From Epiperipatus broadwayi (lineage: Eukaryota; Animalia; Onychophora), in NCBI GenBank assembly GCA_028023455.1, contig JAQFVV010000002.1, positions 9,176,001 through 9,240,000 on the forward strand: a DNA stretch of 64,000 nt. Reading direction: 5' to 3'. Position numbers and translations under genes: made by a program. The notes under the pieces are model-generated. The model did no database searches. It saw only the letters and a list, made by a program, of their open reading frames with translations, and was not told the DNA's origin. Of this stretch, positions 39,960 to 52,719 are shown piece by piece. Numbering within the stretch: position 1 is the stretch's first letter; every line of letters begins with the position of its first letter.

Positions 39960-42510
39960 AAATAAATCATGGCCCTTATTCCCAGGAGACTGTAAAGTCA
40001 GCAACCAAGGCAGCAGTTGGTGGCCGAAGGTGCTAAAAATCCCCTGATTGTGGACCCAGGCTGCCATTTGATGATGAATTTTTTTATTTAGGTATTACTT
40101 ACAACTGCAGATCGCTTTCAAGTGAAGGAAGATTGCAAGAGTTAGAAGAAAAACTGTCTTATATTAAATGGGACATTATTGGACTTTGTGAAGTTAGAAG
40201 AAAAGGTGAAGAAACAATTGTTTTAAATAGTGAACATGTACTCTACTATAAAGGCATAAATATTGGAAATACAAGTGGAGTAGGATTCATTATAAATAAA
40301 AAGCGGAAGAACAACATTGTGGAGATTGATGGTGGATTGGAAAGAGTGGCAAGATTAGTTATACAACTTAATAGCAGATACCAAATGCAGATAATTCAGA
40401 TTTATGCCCCAACAAGTTCTCAAAGTGATGAAATAGTAGAAGATTTTTATATGGATGCACAAAAGGCTTTTGATTAGAGTAAACAACATTTTAAACTTGT
40501 TATGGGAGACTTTAATGCTAGAATTGGTAAATAAATGAAAGATGAAAGTGCTGTAGGTAATTTTGGTTATGGTAATAGAAATGAGAGAGGACATAGACTT
40601 GTGGAGTTTGCTGAAAAAGGAAAACTTTATATGATGAATTATTATTTTGAGAAAAATGTTAAAAGGAAATGGACATGGAAGCATCCAAATGAAGGTACAG
40701 CAGAATTGGATTATATTTTGACTAACTTTCCCCCCCCCCCTCCTTTTTCCCCCTCTTACCCCCACTAAAATAGAGAAAGGAAGAAAACAAAACCCATAGC
40801 TTATTTTTATTTCTTTTTTTTTATTTTTTATTCACTTTCAAACAAGAAATACTCTTAATTTGTTTAGAAATTACATATTTCAAGATTGTAATGTTCTTAA
40901 TAAATTTAACAGAGGAAGTGGTCATCGATTAGTAAGATGTGAAATACATGTTAATGCAAAACTAGAGAGACAAAAATTATTAAGAAAAACAATATTTACA
41001 GTTGATATTCCTAATTTTCAGAAACATTCTAATGAATTTAAATTAGAACTTACAAATAGGTTTCAAAAATTAGTAGATTTTGAACATGATTCACATTTGA
41101 ATGAAATTAATATGAAAACAACTGATACACTTTTAAACACTGCAACAAAAATAGCTGGTTGAAAAAAGCAGCACTTGACCAATAACATTTCTACTGAGAT
41201 TAGTGAATTTCTGAAGAAAAGAATGAATATGAAGATATACAAAAATGATGTGTTAAAAAGAATTGAATATCTCAAATTTTGTAAAATGATGTGGAAAAGA
41301 ATTGAAAATGATATAAGAAAGTATAACTGTGAACTAGCAAGCAGTAGAAGAGAATGAAAGTCTCAAGAGTGTAAAACAACATTTTTGTATTGGTAGGAAA
41401 TTTATATCTGCAATAAGAAAAAAAGCTAGAATTATTACTAAAAAGAGAGATGACATCATGAAATGGATAGAAGACTTTTATCAAGAATTATATAGTAATA
41501 AAGAACAAATACCTCCTATATCTATTACATCTTTTGAATTGCCCATACTTTTAAATGAAGAAGTGAGACTTACAATTAAATATATGAAGAAAGAAAAGGC
41601 TCCAGGTAATGGTAGAATTATAATTGATATATTAAAAGAAGCAGGTGAAAAATATATATATATATTTTAGCAATGTTATATACCAAATGTCTAAATGATA
41701 AAGATGTGCCAGATGATTGGAAAAATGCAGTATTAATATTAATATTTAAAAAAGGTGATAAAGAAGATATTAGAAATTACAGACCTATCAGCCATTTATC
41801 AGTTACATACAAAATTTTTACCAAGATAATTACAACTCGTCTGCAGGGAACATTGGATTTCCACCATCCAAGAGAACAAACTGGATTTAAAAGTGGTTTT
41901 AGTACAGGATATCATATCCAGGGATTGAGAAAAGTTATAGAAAGGACAAATGAATATCAGTTGCCATTATGTTTTGGATTTCTAGATTATGAAAAGGCAT
42001 TTGAATGTAAACTTTTCTTCAGTGATTAAACCATTGGATCATCAAGATATATTGTCATATTTTAAAGAATATTTATAAAAATGGAACAGCAATAATTAGA
42101 TTATATAATGATTTAGACAGGGTGACTCCATATCTCCAAAACGTTTTACAGCAGTGCTGCAAGAAGTATTTTGTGGATTAAAATGGGAAGCTGAAGGAGT
42201 GAAAGTAAATGATTATTTAAGTCATTAAAATTTTTCAGATGATGTAGTTGTTTTTGCTAATAATGCAGATGAAATTAATCATAGAATTAAACTTGGTTGG
42301 AGTGCTTTTAGTAGAAATAACTTGATACTAAAAGGAAATATGCCTATGTGTTTGTAAAGAAAGATTTTTAATAAATGTGTTTTACCTGTTCTTACTTATG
42401 GATCCGAGACTTGGATACTTAATAGAAGAGCAATACAGACTTCAGACCACTCAAAGAAGTATGGAGAGATGCATATTGGGAGTAACAAGAAGAGATCGAA
42501 AACGCAATAT
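39960..42510 (+). mobile_element. Near full-length RTE-clade LINE (APE endonuclease plus RT), frameshifted
   Basis: TYNCRSLSSEGRLQELEEKL..WDIIGLCEVRR..GVGF..QIYAPT..MGDFNA..LDYILT..SGHRLVR; KAPG, LIFKKGDKEDIRNYRPISHLS, DYEKAF. GC-rich leader; about 94% of a 3' segment is shared by eye with the 11-12 kb copy only in motif terms (identity not computed). Confidence 0.95.
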
Positions 42511-43331
42511 TGTTTTCTCTCGAGTATTTTAAAGATATTTATTGTGTAAGAGATCTTCGAATTATTGTTCACGCACGTAACAAAATGCAAATTTATCTTT
42601 TTAAAATAACACGTGTGCGAAATAAAAGATCTATAAACAGAAATGTAATTTGTATTACTTTACAAGTTGCTTGAAATATTATTTTAAAGTATAAAAAAAA
42701 AAGTTTTACAAACAATTACTTTTCAAACTAACGATTTTTAGCAGTTTTGAAAGATTGAAGTAAAACGGAAGTGGTAAAATTACTTTTTAAAAAAAATAAA
42801 AAACATTTTTACAGAAAATAAAAAGATCGATTTTTAAAATAAAATAATTTAAAAATATATAGATTTATCAGAGAGTGAAACTCAATGTAATCAGACCACG
42901 CAAAGAAGTATGGAGAGATGTATATTGGGAGTAACAAGAAGAGATCGAAAACGCAATATTGTTTTCTCTCCAGTAATTTAAAAATATTTATAGTGTAAGA
43001 AAAGATCTTCAAATTATTGTTCGCGCACATATCAAAACGCAAATTTATCTTTTTAAAATAACACGTTTGCGAAATAAAAGATCTATAAACAGAAATGTAA
43101 TTTGTATTACTTTAGAAGTTGCTTGAAATATTATTTTAAAGTATAAAAAAAAAGTTTTACAAACAATTACTTTTCAAACTAACGATTTTTAGCAGTTTGA
43201 AAGATTGAAGTAAAATGGAAGTGGTAAAATAAAAAAATAAAAAACATTTTTAGAGAAAAAAAAAAGATCGATTTTTAAAATAAAATAATTTAAAAATATA
43301 TAGATTTATCAGAGAGAGAAACTCAATGTAA
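42442..43331. repeat. Recent 449-bp tandem duplication spanning the RTE truncation junction
   Basis: Copy 1 is 42442-42890 and copy 2 is 42891-43331. Each begins with RTE sequence tcagaccac.caaagaagtatggagagatg and continues into about 385 bp of non-RTE sequence; high identity. Confidence 0.95.
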
Positions 43332-43500
43332 GAATATTAAATTTTAAAGCAGATTTAAATAGTTATGGTTTTCTATATTATTCACACCTTCACATTACTC
43401 GCTATGTTTGTGTTAAGAACGTGGATGGAAACCGGAACTAGCAAGCGAGTGTAAATATCGCTTCTAAACGGTGCCATTTTTTCTGCGCATAGCGTGGAGA

Positions 43501-43797
43501 AACAGTGCCACCTAGTGGGCTAGATTGCTGGGTGATTGCTGTTTAGCAGACGATGTAAGCTGGATCAGTTTACCTATGGCTAACAGCGCCACCAAGCGGG
43601 CATGAGGTTACTGTGCGTACGCATGGTGAACAGCGCCATCTAGCGGTTGGAACTTTGCATCGTCTGCTTCTGGCCTGCTACTGTTGTATATGCATGGTGA
43701 ACAGCGCCATCTACCGGCTGGAACTTTGTGTCGTCTGCTTTTGGGCTCCTACTCTGGATATTTCTGTGGTTGACACGGAAATAGCGCCTCTGGCGCC
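43501..43797. promoter_or_regulatory. Cluster of co-oriented CTCF-consensus motifs in a GC/CpG-rich island (candidate insulator)
   Basis: aacagtgccacctagtggg (43501), aacagcgccaccaagcggg (43582), aacagcgccatctagcggt (43629), aacagcgccatctaccggc (43700) and a weaker aatagcgcctctggcgcc (43780), all matching the reverse of CCASYAGRKGGCRS. Confidence 0.75.
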
Positions 43798-44039
43798 ACA
43801 TGGGGTGTAAGTCACAACTACCAACTATCATTATTTGATTATACATTAAAATTAGAAGAAATTATTAATATATATCATACCACACACTATTAGTTATATA
43901 TGGCAATAAAATATTTAAATTCATGTATATTGTCTATATTAAACTTAATCTAATAAAAAGAGATTTGAATTCACTTTCAAGCCCTCTACAGCTAGTCACT
44001 CCATCTTATACTGATACACATGACCACACACTTGTGAAA

Positions 44040-45000
44040 AATATAAATGTTCTCTAATAAATGTATTTCATGCTGAACCAATACTTACCAGTTCATCCGG
44101 ATCACCATCTGCCCCACATATATACAATCAGTGCTCAGTTCAAGTGCCTTCTTAATGTATGGTAATGAAATCCATGTGATTTCTTCTCTTTCACCATCTA
44201 TATGTAAAATTTTATAATGTTTTTAATATTGTTTTGTTAAATCCTATATTTAATAATTTAATAACAAATATTTTAATATTGGATAATGTATCTCTTTCAA
44301 ATTTGCATAATACTTTGTTTCTAAATAAACATGTTCTAAATCCAGCCAATTTGTGCAAAACTGGAATTGCTAATGTTGGGTGTTTTTTAAACATTCATAA
44401 TTGATCATATTATTTTCTTTCTATACTTTATATTATATAAATTGCAATCAGAAGTAGAAATTTATTTCAGACCATTTATTTTACTTATTTTAATTCAATA
44501 TGTTTACCTATCACTGGTGATTCAACAATAAACATATGGAAAAAAATCTCAAAACATTCTCCTAATGAGATGCCAACATTCAACTGCATGTTAATACTGA
44601 AACTAGCAACCCCATAGGTCAGTCTTTTTCCATTTTATATCTCTGATTTTCAAAAGTTGTTATCAAATTTTGATCATTAAATGATAATACATCATTAACA
44701 AACAAATGTTTAAACTTGTATGCTTTTTTATCATATAAACATTGATAAATCACTTGAATGAATCATTTTCTTTTTATAGATTATACATTTTGCAACATTC
44801 AGGATAAATAATATATCTTTTTAACTTAAAACCAACTTGTCAATCTTTTTGATTAAATCATGGGAAGATGGAGTTGTATGTTTGCCAAATCCTAATTTTT
44901 CTTGCAAAAACTTTCCAATATAAATTTGTTGCTTGAATAAAATATGTAATCTCCAAAATCCAAAATAAGCTTCTCAACTAAAATCCTTGGCATAATGATG
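44040..45000 (-). mobile_element. Decayed Penelope-like element (RT, thumb, GIY-YIG remnant)
   Basis: GKFLQEKL..SSHDLIKKIDKLVL..KDILFILNV (PLE RT motifs), HP..HKLAGFRTCLFR (thumb), ISLPYIK and CIYVGQ (GIY-YIG YVGQT-like). Confidence 0.68.
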
Positions 45001-48000
45001 ACTGATAAAGAAATCACTAAATACAATTTTCTATTAAACAACTTATTTAAATAAGTTTAAGTATAGTACTAATACATTTTTTTCTTGTATATTGGCATAA
45101 TGATAAAAGATTGAGTAACATTGGAAAATATAATAAGTTGTGAAATGAGTAGTATAGGTTAATATAGAAATACTAGAAAAAATCAAGTAGATTTAAATAT
45201 ATATTTTTAGAAGCATGAAAAGTTAATAAAGCAAGTTTATAAGAACATTTTTTTTTTCATGTTATCAATGAAAGAGGCATAAATCAACAATGAATGAAAC
45301 ATTAAAGAAAAATATATTTTTATAATTAATCGGCATCATATGTAGATATTTTTTATGATACAGATTTATCAAAATATAAGGATTTGAGCAAATATTTTAA
45401 AGAAAATTTTGGATGAAAAAGAAAGACATTTATTTGAAAATTGATAACTCATTTTCTTGAAGAAGAGATAGATATAAAGAGAAATGTAAGATGGAGATGT
45501 TGACTATTCCTACTTTGTTTAATATGTTTTAAATCAATGATAATAAAATATTAATGAAGTTTATAAAACATATGGATTAAAAATAATTAGATTTAGATAG
45601 AGTATTAGATTGAAAAAATTTCAGGTTGTTGAATGAAATTGCTCAGCTTATTTTTTTGCAATATTATTTGACTTTCTCAGAAAGAAACCATACAATAAAT
45701 AAAACAATTTAAGATAATACATATTTATTTTTTTTATAATGAAATTAGAACAATTAAAATGTTAGTTAAGATTTATATAGATAGAACCATAAATACCTAT
45801 CTTATGTTTAATTCAGCAATGTCACATTGGAATACTTTATATTTATATCACATCTTTTTTTAACAAAATATCCTATAATGGTCAGGGTAATTTGAGTCTT
45901 ATTGTATCTGCCGTACAGGGTGCCACCAGGCTATTTGAACCTGGAAAATTTATATAGTAGGCAGATATGCGCTGTTAAAGATCTAACTTTTACATGTTTT
46001 ATGATAACCGTCAGCCCATGCCACTAGCTCGCGGAGCAGCAAAGATTTATATATAAAGTCCTATTTAAAAATATTTTCAATATTAAAAAAATAAAAGAAG
46101 CCACTGCCAGTAATAACACACACAGACATTTATTAAACATATATAAAATTTAGAATTATTATTTTAGTATAACTTTAATTTTTTTTTATAAAACATTATT
46201 ATAACTTTACTTTAGATTTTAATTTACAATTTAACTTTTTATTTTAAAAGTTCGCACAGATGAATTTAATAATATTTTATTAGTGTCGAGTATGGATAGA
46301 CTACATAGATTGCATTTGAAAAGAAAATATTCTATCCCTTATTTAACCTTAGGCCCAAAAGTTCACAGTCAAATCAATGCCAATCTATCTGATATATCGA
46401 TGTATTCAATGCAGCATGAATAGGACAGCACAATATCATACTGATAAGAATGCACATCTGAACAGCATGGTTATAGAGAAGAAATTGTCTCTCGTCCAGT
46501 ACAGGAATGTTACATCTGTCTGGCAAGAAGAACAATAAAAAAAGAACTCCATAGGAAGGGATTGCAGTTTTTTTGCTGACTTGTATCCCATTTCATAGGC
46601 TAAAGGGGTGATCCAAGGAGCAGGGAATACCGTCTGTCTTCAATGATCAATAAGAAATAGGCTTATTTTGCCCAAGTGCAGTGTATAATGTGATCCTGCA
46701 TATAGCGGATCTTCCTACTACATTTTCTTATTGCACCAATATATCCAGTCGATTAATCCAATTTAACTACAAAACAAATAACCCAAGATTAACCCTCCCT
46801 TAATTAAACTGATATAACTTTACAAATCTATGCAGTCATTCATGCCCGGCTTAAATTTAACATTTATTAAAAGTTTAGTTTAACAAAAAAAAGATCATAA
46901 TAAAACAAATAAATTAATGGAAATGATTTTTAAAAAAATACATTCAATAAAAATAATTATTAAATAATTTAGTCAGATAGGAAATTCTATTTCTATTTAA
47001 ATATTGAAAAGTTTAGAATTTAGAGTTCTTACTGTTTTGAAATACTGGAAAGTTTTAGAATTAATGTTCATTAGTTATATAGAGAGTTCTTACATTTTTC
47101 AAAAGTTCATTCTTAACAATTGCTTGCAGTTTGGGATCCAGCGTTAATTCCCTCAATGTCCTGAGGAGACCAGTATGCTGTTGGCCGTTTATTGATTCAT
47201 ACGGAGGTCCTTTACTTTAGCTAGTATTTTATTTCCAGGCCCTGATGTCCTGTGGTCCACAATATAGGAAAATGATTGGTCATTTCTCTTTCTCTCTTCT
47301 TCTTTTTTTAAAAAATTAAAGGAATTGAAAATGTGTCTTTCAATCCCTTCTCCTTCAACTCTCCCCGCACTAACACATATAGCACCTCTCTTCTTTCATA
47401 TCTCTTCTCATAATTTATTTCCAAACTTTTTCTTTTATATTAAACTTTCAGATCGAGTGGACATTACGTCATGATGATGATGATCTTTTCATTGAGGTCT
47501 GTTTCCTGAGGGATTTCTTTTATTGGCCATTCTGTTCCCATTGTTTTTTCTCTCATATCTGACCTTTAATTATACATTTTGAGATGCCCAAGAGCTAGTT
47601 TACTTTAACTAATTGAAAATAATCATTTCCATTTTACACAATAGCACTAATTAAATTTGTATATTCTTTTTAACGATATATTTTTATCTTTAAATCTTTT
47701 AAGTTTTTCCTTAAAATTTGGTTTTAAAATACTTTCTTTTTTTAATAGTTTTCTTTTAATAATTTTTTATCTGTGCAATCTTATATATATATGTAAGTTT
47801 AAATGTCTTTTAATTTTCAATTTTTAATTCTTAAAAAAGAAGTTTTTATTTGCGAACTTTTATTTTTATGTCTTAATTTTATTTTATTTATTAGAATGTA
47901 ACAGCATGTGTGCCTATTACAATCCTGTATACCATTCTTCTCTCCACTGAAAATAGAAATTATTAAAATGACATTAGAAAATTTTACTTTGTATAAAAAA

Positions 48001-48329
48001 AATTATATATTTAAAAGTCAATAATCTGAAAAAAAACTGCTGGTACTCATTGGTAGCAAAAGCACAGAAATGTGCCATTTACGTAACCCAATATTTCTGT
48101 TCTTTTAGCAGAGAAACTTACGGCCCATAGAACAGTCCTGTTCATATTAGCCATTGCAGACCTAGATGGGGTTGCACAAAAATTTTGCAGCTTCACGACA
48201 CTATGCAAATGCACAAACTTAACAGATCACTACCATATCATATGAGGTGTAAGGAATTCAAGTGGCCATAACTCTTGTAATATGCATTTGAAGTAATGAT
48301 GTAGTATTACATAGTAATATCTTTCTGAA

Positions 48330-48870
48330 ATGTATAATGTACTTTAAAAATGTTATTCCATTTTAGAAAAGAATGTTGGGTCATAAATTGTTTAAAAATA
48401 CTTAGCAAAATGGCAGTCCATAATGGTTATAATAGTGGGGGTTTTTTTTTCAGATAAAGAACAGCTATGAGACAGATAAAATATGTGAGGTTGCATATTG
48501 TTTTGTAAATCATAATCTTGATTTAATCAGACTACTGCATATTTTGGCTGATCCTTCAGATTGGCAAAACCATAGGTCCCCCTCCCTGCACATTCCAGCA
48601 CTACGTGCTGACTGAAATCTCTAATGTAATTTAAAAATGTAATTATTCCCTTTTAGAAAATGATGTTGGTTCGTAATTTGTGACAAATAAAATATGTGAA
48701 TTGTTGTATGTTGTTTTGTAAATCATAATCTAAATTTGATCAGACTACTGCATCTTTTGGACAATCCTTCAGATCAGCAAAACCATCAGTCGCCACCCTC
48801 TCTTCCCATTGTTTAAAAATAGTTTGCTAAATGTCCCCAGAATGGTTATAATAGTGTTTTTGACAGATAA
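48330..48870. repeat. Diverged tandem duplication (about 210-300-bp blocks)
   Basis: aaaatatgtga..ttgttttgtaaatcataatct..atcagactactgcat.ttttgg..atccttcagat..gcaaaacca at about 48480 and 48690, with other shared blocks. Confidence 0.75.
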
Positions 48871-49988
48871 TAATACCACTAAGTGGCTAGCCTGGCCGAC
48901 TGATAAGACCCAAACTGCTTCAACTGGAAGCAAATCAGGATATTTGTCATATTTGAGTTAACAAAAAATATATAAATTTATAATACATGTTAAAAGTGAT
49001 TCAAATCTAATAATGTTTGAAGAATAAAGTGTTCTTGAATTAAAATTTATTTACCCCTATTGTTGCAATTTATCTTTCAAAGCTAATAATAATTATAATA
49101 TTATGATTTATATAAAAAAAACTGACAATAGATAAAGCACAGGTATGAAAAAAACTCAATTAATTTAATACACAAAAATTGGTAATAATCAGCATTAACT
49201 AGCAATTAAAATGTAAATAAATACAATTATAATATTACTAATAGCATAATCAAATATATTTCATGTTTAACATCTTCAGAGAATGCCATCGTATTCACAA
49301 TATGTGGGTCTATTGCAAGAAATTGTATAACAGCAAATATATTTTTCTTCTTACAGTTCTGCCCCCTTGTGCATAATCAATAAATGCAGGTTGATAGTTC
49401 ATAATAAATCTGTATTCAAATGCTGCTCTATACATATCCTTACATTAATTTTTAGCTTATAGTTTAACAGTTATTTCAAATTTTAGAAAAGTAAAATATA
49501 AATTAATAAATGAACTGTAAACTCTGTAGAGTTTTAGCATTTAATAATCCTCTTAACTATAGCTTAATATATTATATGGAAATTATTAAATAACTTGTAA
49601 AAGTGTCTTCTCTCCAGAACATCCTCTATTAGTTATATTATAACTGACTAAATGATTAAATCATATGCATCTTGAAAAAAGTTAAATACACTTTGGTCAT
49701 TTATATATTTCACAATAAATGAGAAGTTTCAGTAAAACAATTGTCTTCTCATTGTGATTTCATGTTAACACCAATTTTATTTACTTGCAGAATAAATATC
49801 TCTGTCGCTCTTAACATATTTATAGAATGTATGAATCGTGTAGTATGGTAAAGAAATTTAAATTATAAAAAAAAAATTTGAATGTAATAATTTAATTTTT
49901 ATCTGCATGAAAGCTAACATTTTAAACAATAGTTGATTAGGATATATATATATTAAGTATAATACTCAAGGTTAAATGGGTTTATAGT

Positions 49989-50145
49989 AACCATTAGAAA
50001 CCAGTCAAACATCTAGACAATCCCAATATAGATAACAATCAGCAATCTCAAACTGTTGTCAAGGCAATCTCCTTAATAACAGTGTGAGATTGTTGATTGT
50101 TATCTATATTGGAATTGTCTAAGTGTTGTCTTGTTTGTAATGGTT
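49989..50145. repeat. Inverted repeat / MITE-like hairpin (arms of about 68 bp)
   Basis: aaccatta..ctagacaatcccaatatagataacaatcagcaatctcaaactgtt pairs with aacagtgtgagattgttgattgttatctatattggaattgtctaag..taatggtt. Confidence 0.88.
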
Positions 50146-50739
50146 TTATATATATATAAAGATGACACTCATTTGTAAATAAGGAATTAATGCATAAATA
50201 TGTTACATTTTTTTTATGTTTATATATTTAGAAAAACAAAATGCTTGCCTAATGTCAATTGTTGAAAATGAAAAGATATCTTTACATAGATGATACAGTT
50301 TTATTAGATAAAAGTCAATAATAATTGCATCCATTTACAAATATACTAATAAAGATTTCTAAAGAATACAAATTAGGTGTAAAGATGATGGTAACGTTAA
50401 GTGAATATATTATTAAGTTTGCATATATGACAAAAGACTGAAGGCAATCTGGAGAATAAAATTAACAAGTATGATGATGTAAAAGTAGAAAGTTTTATTA
50501 GACAGTAATAGTTTCCAAAATATTCTAAGATAATCAAATAGATTATTAAACTATTTTAATATATGGTCATACTCAAGTAAGACAGATCAAAACAGCATGT
50601 AAAAAAGTAAATAAATGCAAAAAAAAATAAATTATTAAGATCTTTTGTGAATTAAAAAAAAAAAACCATAAAAAGATAAGTGTTTTATTTAAAAAGATAT
50701 TTATTGATTCTGTTATTTTAAATACATTATCATATTTTC

Positions 50740-51640
50740 AACCATTATTAATTAATTGCAAAATAAATGATTTTCCAAATTTAATCCAATTTTTTCAATC
50801 CATAGTTTCTTTCCTCCACCGTCACATGATCTTTTTCTAAATTCTTTATAATCTCTTAAAATACAATTTAAAATTTTAGCTGGCTATACACTTTAAGACT
50901 TTGTTCTACATCTATTTTGAGCTTTAGCCCAAGTTTTTTTTTTCAATGTAATTCTTTGAGTTATAGCAGTGATATCTAATTTTTAATTCTTCTACTCTAT
51001 ATCGCTCTGTGTTAATCCCAACATAGCTCTTTTGATGGGAGGTCTGCAATTTCTGAATTAGTATTTTATTAAGTGCATCCCTTCAAGCACATGGCATTTT
51101 TCATTCAAAGCACTTCAAGTTTAAATCTATCATTAATCTGACAGATTATGGTTCCATTTGTATTAATAATCTGATAAAAATATTTGTAGTTGTTAACTTC
51201 TAATAATTTACTATTGTTCTTTGTATCATTTTTGTGTGTCTATATAAAAAGCTATTGAACACAACTTTAGACTTTTTAGTATTTATCTTTATTTCTATTT
51301 TTTTTTAACCTGGTTGCTCTTCTCACATTTTCTAAAACTCTAAAGCATTATTAATGAAAACAAATACATTTCTTCCAAAACTAGTCCATAAACATCATTT
51401 TGTATTCTAATCATTGTTGTTGCAGTTTGTTAGATATTGTTCAGAATTTGTCTACAGCCTTGATTTATACCCTAATGATTCAAATTTATATTCACTGTTA
51501 AATGCTTTTTTAAAATTTACAAATCTGTTGCAAAATGGCAACTCATATTCATTGATTCTTTTCTTAACTTCTCTTAACAATTAGGTGTGCCCAGCATAGT
51601 TTTGTGCAGTAGTAAAATATACTCTGATGAGCTTGAACTT
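50740..51640 (-). mobile_element. Highly decayed RTE LINE 3' fragment
   Basis: Colinear nucleotide similarity to 11070-12200 (e.g. ccatttgtattaataatctga, ctctaaagcattatt, caactcatattcatt). Confidence 0.75.
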
Positions 51641-52719
51641 TTTGTGAATCCCTAAGCAATAAAACAATAAATTATCATTACATGTGGATGTAATTATCTG
51701 TGCTATACCTACTTTTAATTCAGTTTTTTTGTTGTTGTTGATTAATTTGAAGCTAATATTCTCTGTAGATTATTTATTATGGCTTTTATAAAGATCCTAT
51801 GTACAGAGGTAAAAGAGTGATAGATATATAATTTTTAATAATTTTTTTATCTTTTTTAAATATCAATATCACTACTAAATTCTTCCAGTCATTTAGTGTT
51901 TTATTAAAAAAATTGTAAACAGCTATTGCAAAATAAGATGGTGTACCATTATATTGAAACTACATATTTTTCAAATTTTTAATGGTATATCATTCAAGTG
52001 AGGTATAAATAAACCTAACACATCTAATTTCTCAGCTACAACTTTAGAGAAAAAATATGAATCAATTATTGTAACTCCCAACATACATATACTATAAGTT
52101 CTGAACTGTACTATATGTTTCCTTCCTCTACTCATTATAGATTTTCAATAACCTAATATCAAGCTTTATGTATATTAATTAAATCTTTGAAGTGAAAACT
52201 TTTTTCATTATGAATGTAATATATAACTACCTATGTTATATAAACCAGTAACAATAACTCCATATGATAATCTCAGTTATTACATCAAAGATTTCTGGAT
52301 CATGTTGACTTTGTATAGAAAAAAATAATTGGTAGAAAGAATATAATGAATCAAATACAGAGATATATCTATTTTTTGTAATAATTTTGTTAATGAATTT
52401 TGTAAGCTTTTATCAACATTCTTGCATATTTAAGCAGATGTTTCAGGATCAGCTTCTTTTTCATCCACTACATGATTAATCACAAATGGGTTCTATCTTT
52501 GTAAAATGTGATTGTACTAATAATTCTCAGATCAATATGGGATGCATTATCTTTTACAGAGGCTCTATTCTCTTGACTATCATTAATTTAAATATATTAT
52601 CTACAAAATAAAAATATTGTAATTAGAAAAAGTTTGAAAGTGGTCAAAATAATAATAATTACAAATGACTTTAAAAAACTTCAATTTTATTTTTCTAAGT
52701 GAACATTTTTTATATCATT

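Noticed and set aside
44090-44590. Two phase-compatible minus-strand 'exons' with good splice sites
   Set aside because: The peptides match Penelope-like RT, LPY and GIY-YIG motifs colinear with flanking unspliced PLE sequence, so the splice signals are probably coincidental.
45890-47300. GC-richer stretch suggestive of a piggyBac transposase, with a small nested hairpin at 45905-45968
   Set aside because: Only vague motif resemblance; no TTAA-flanked TIR pair or DDD motifs could be established.
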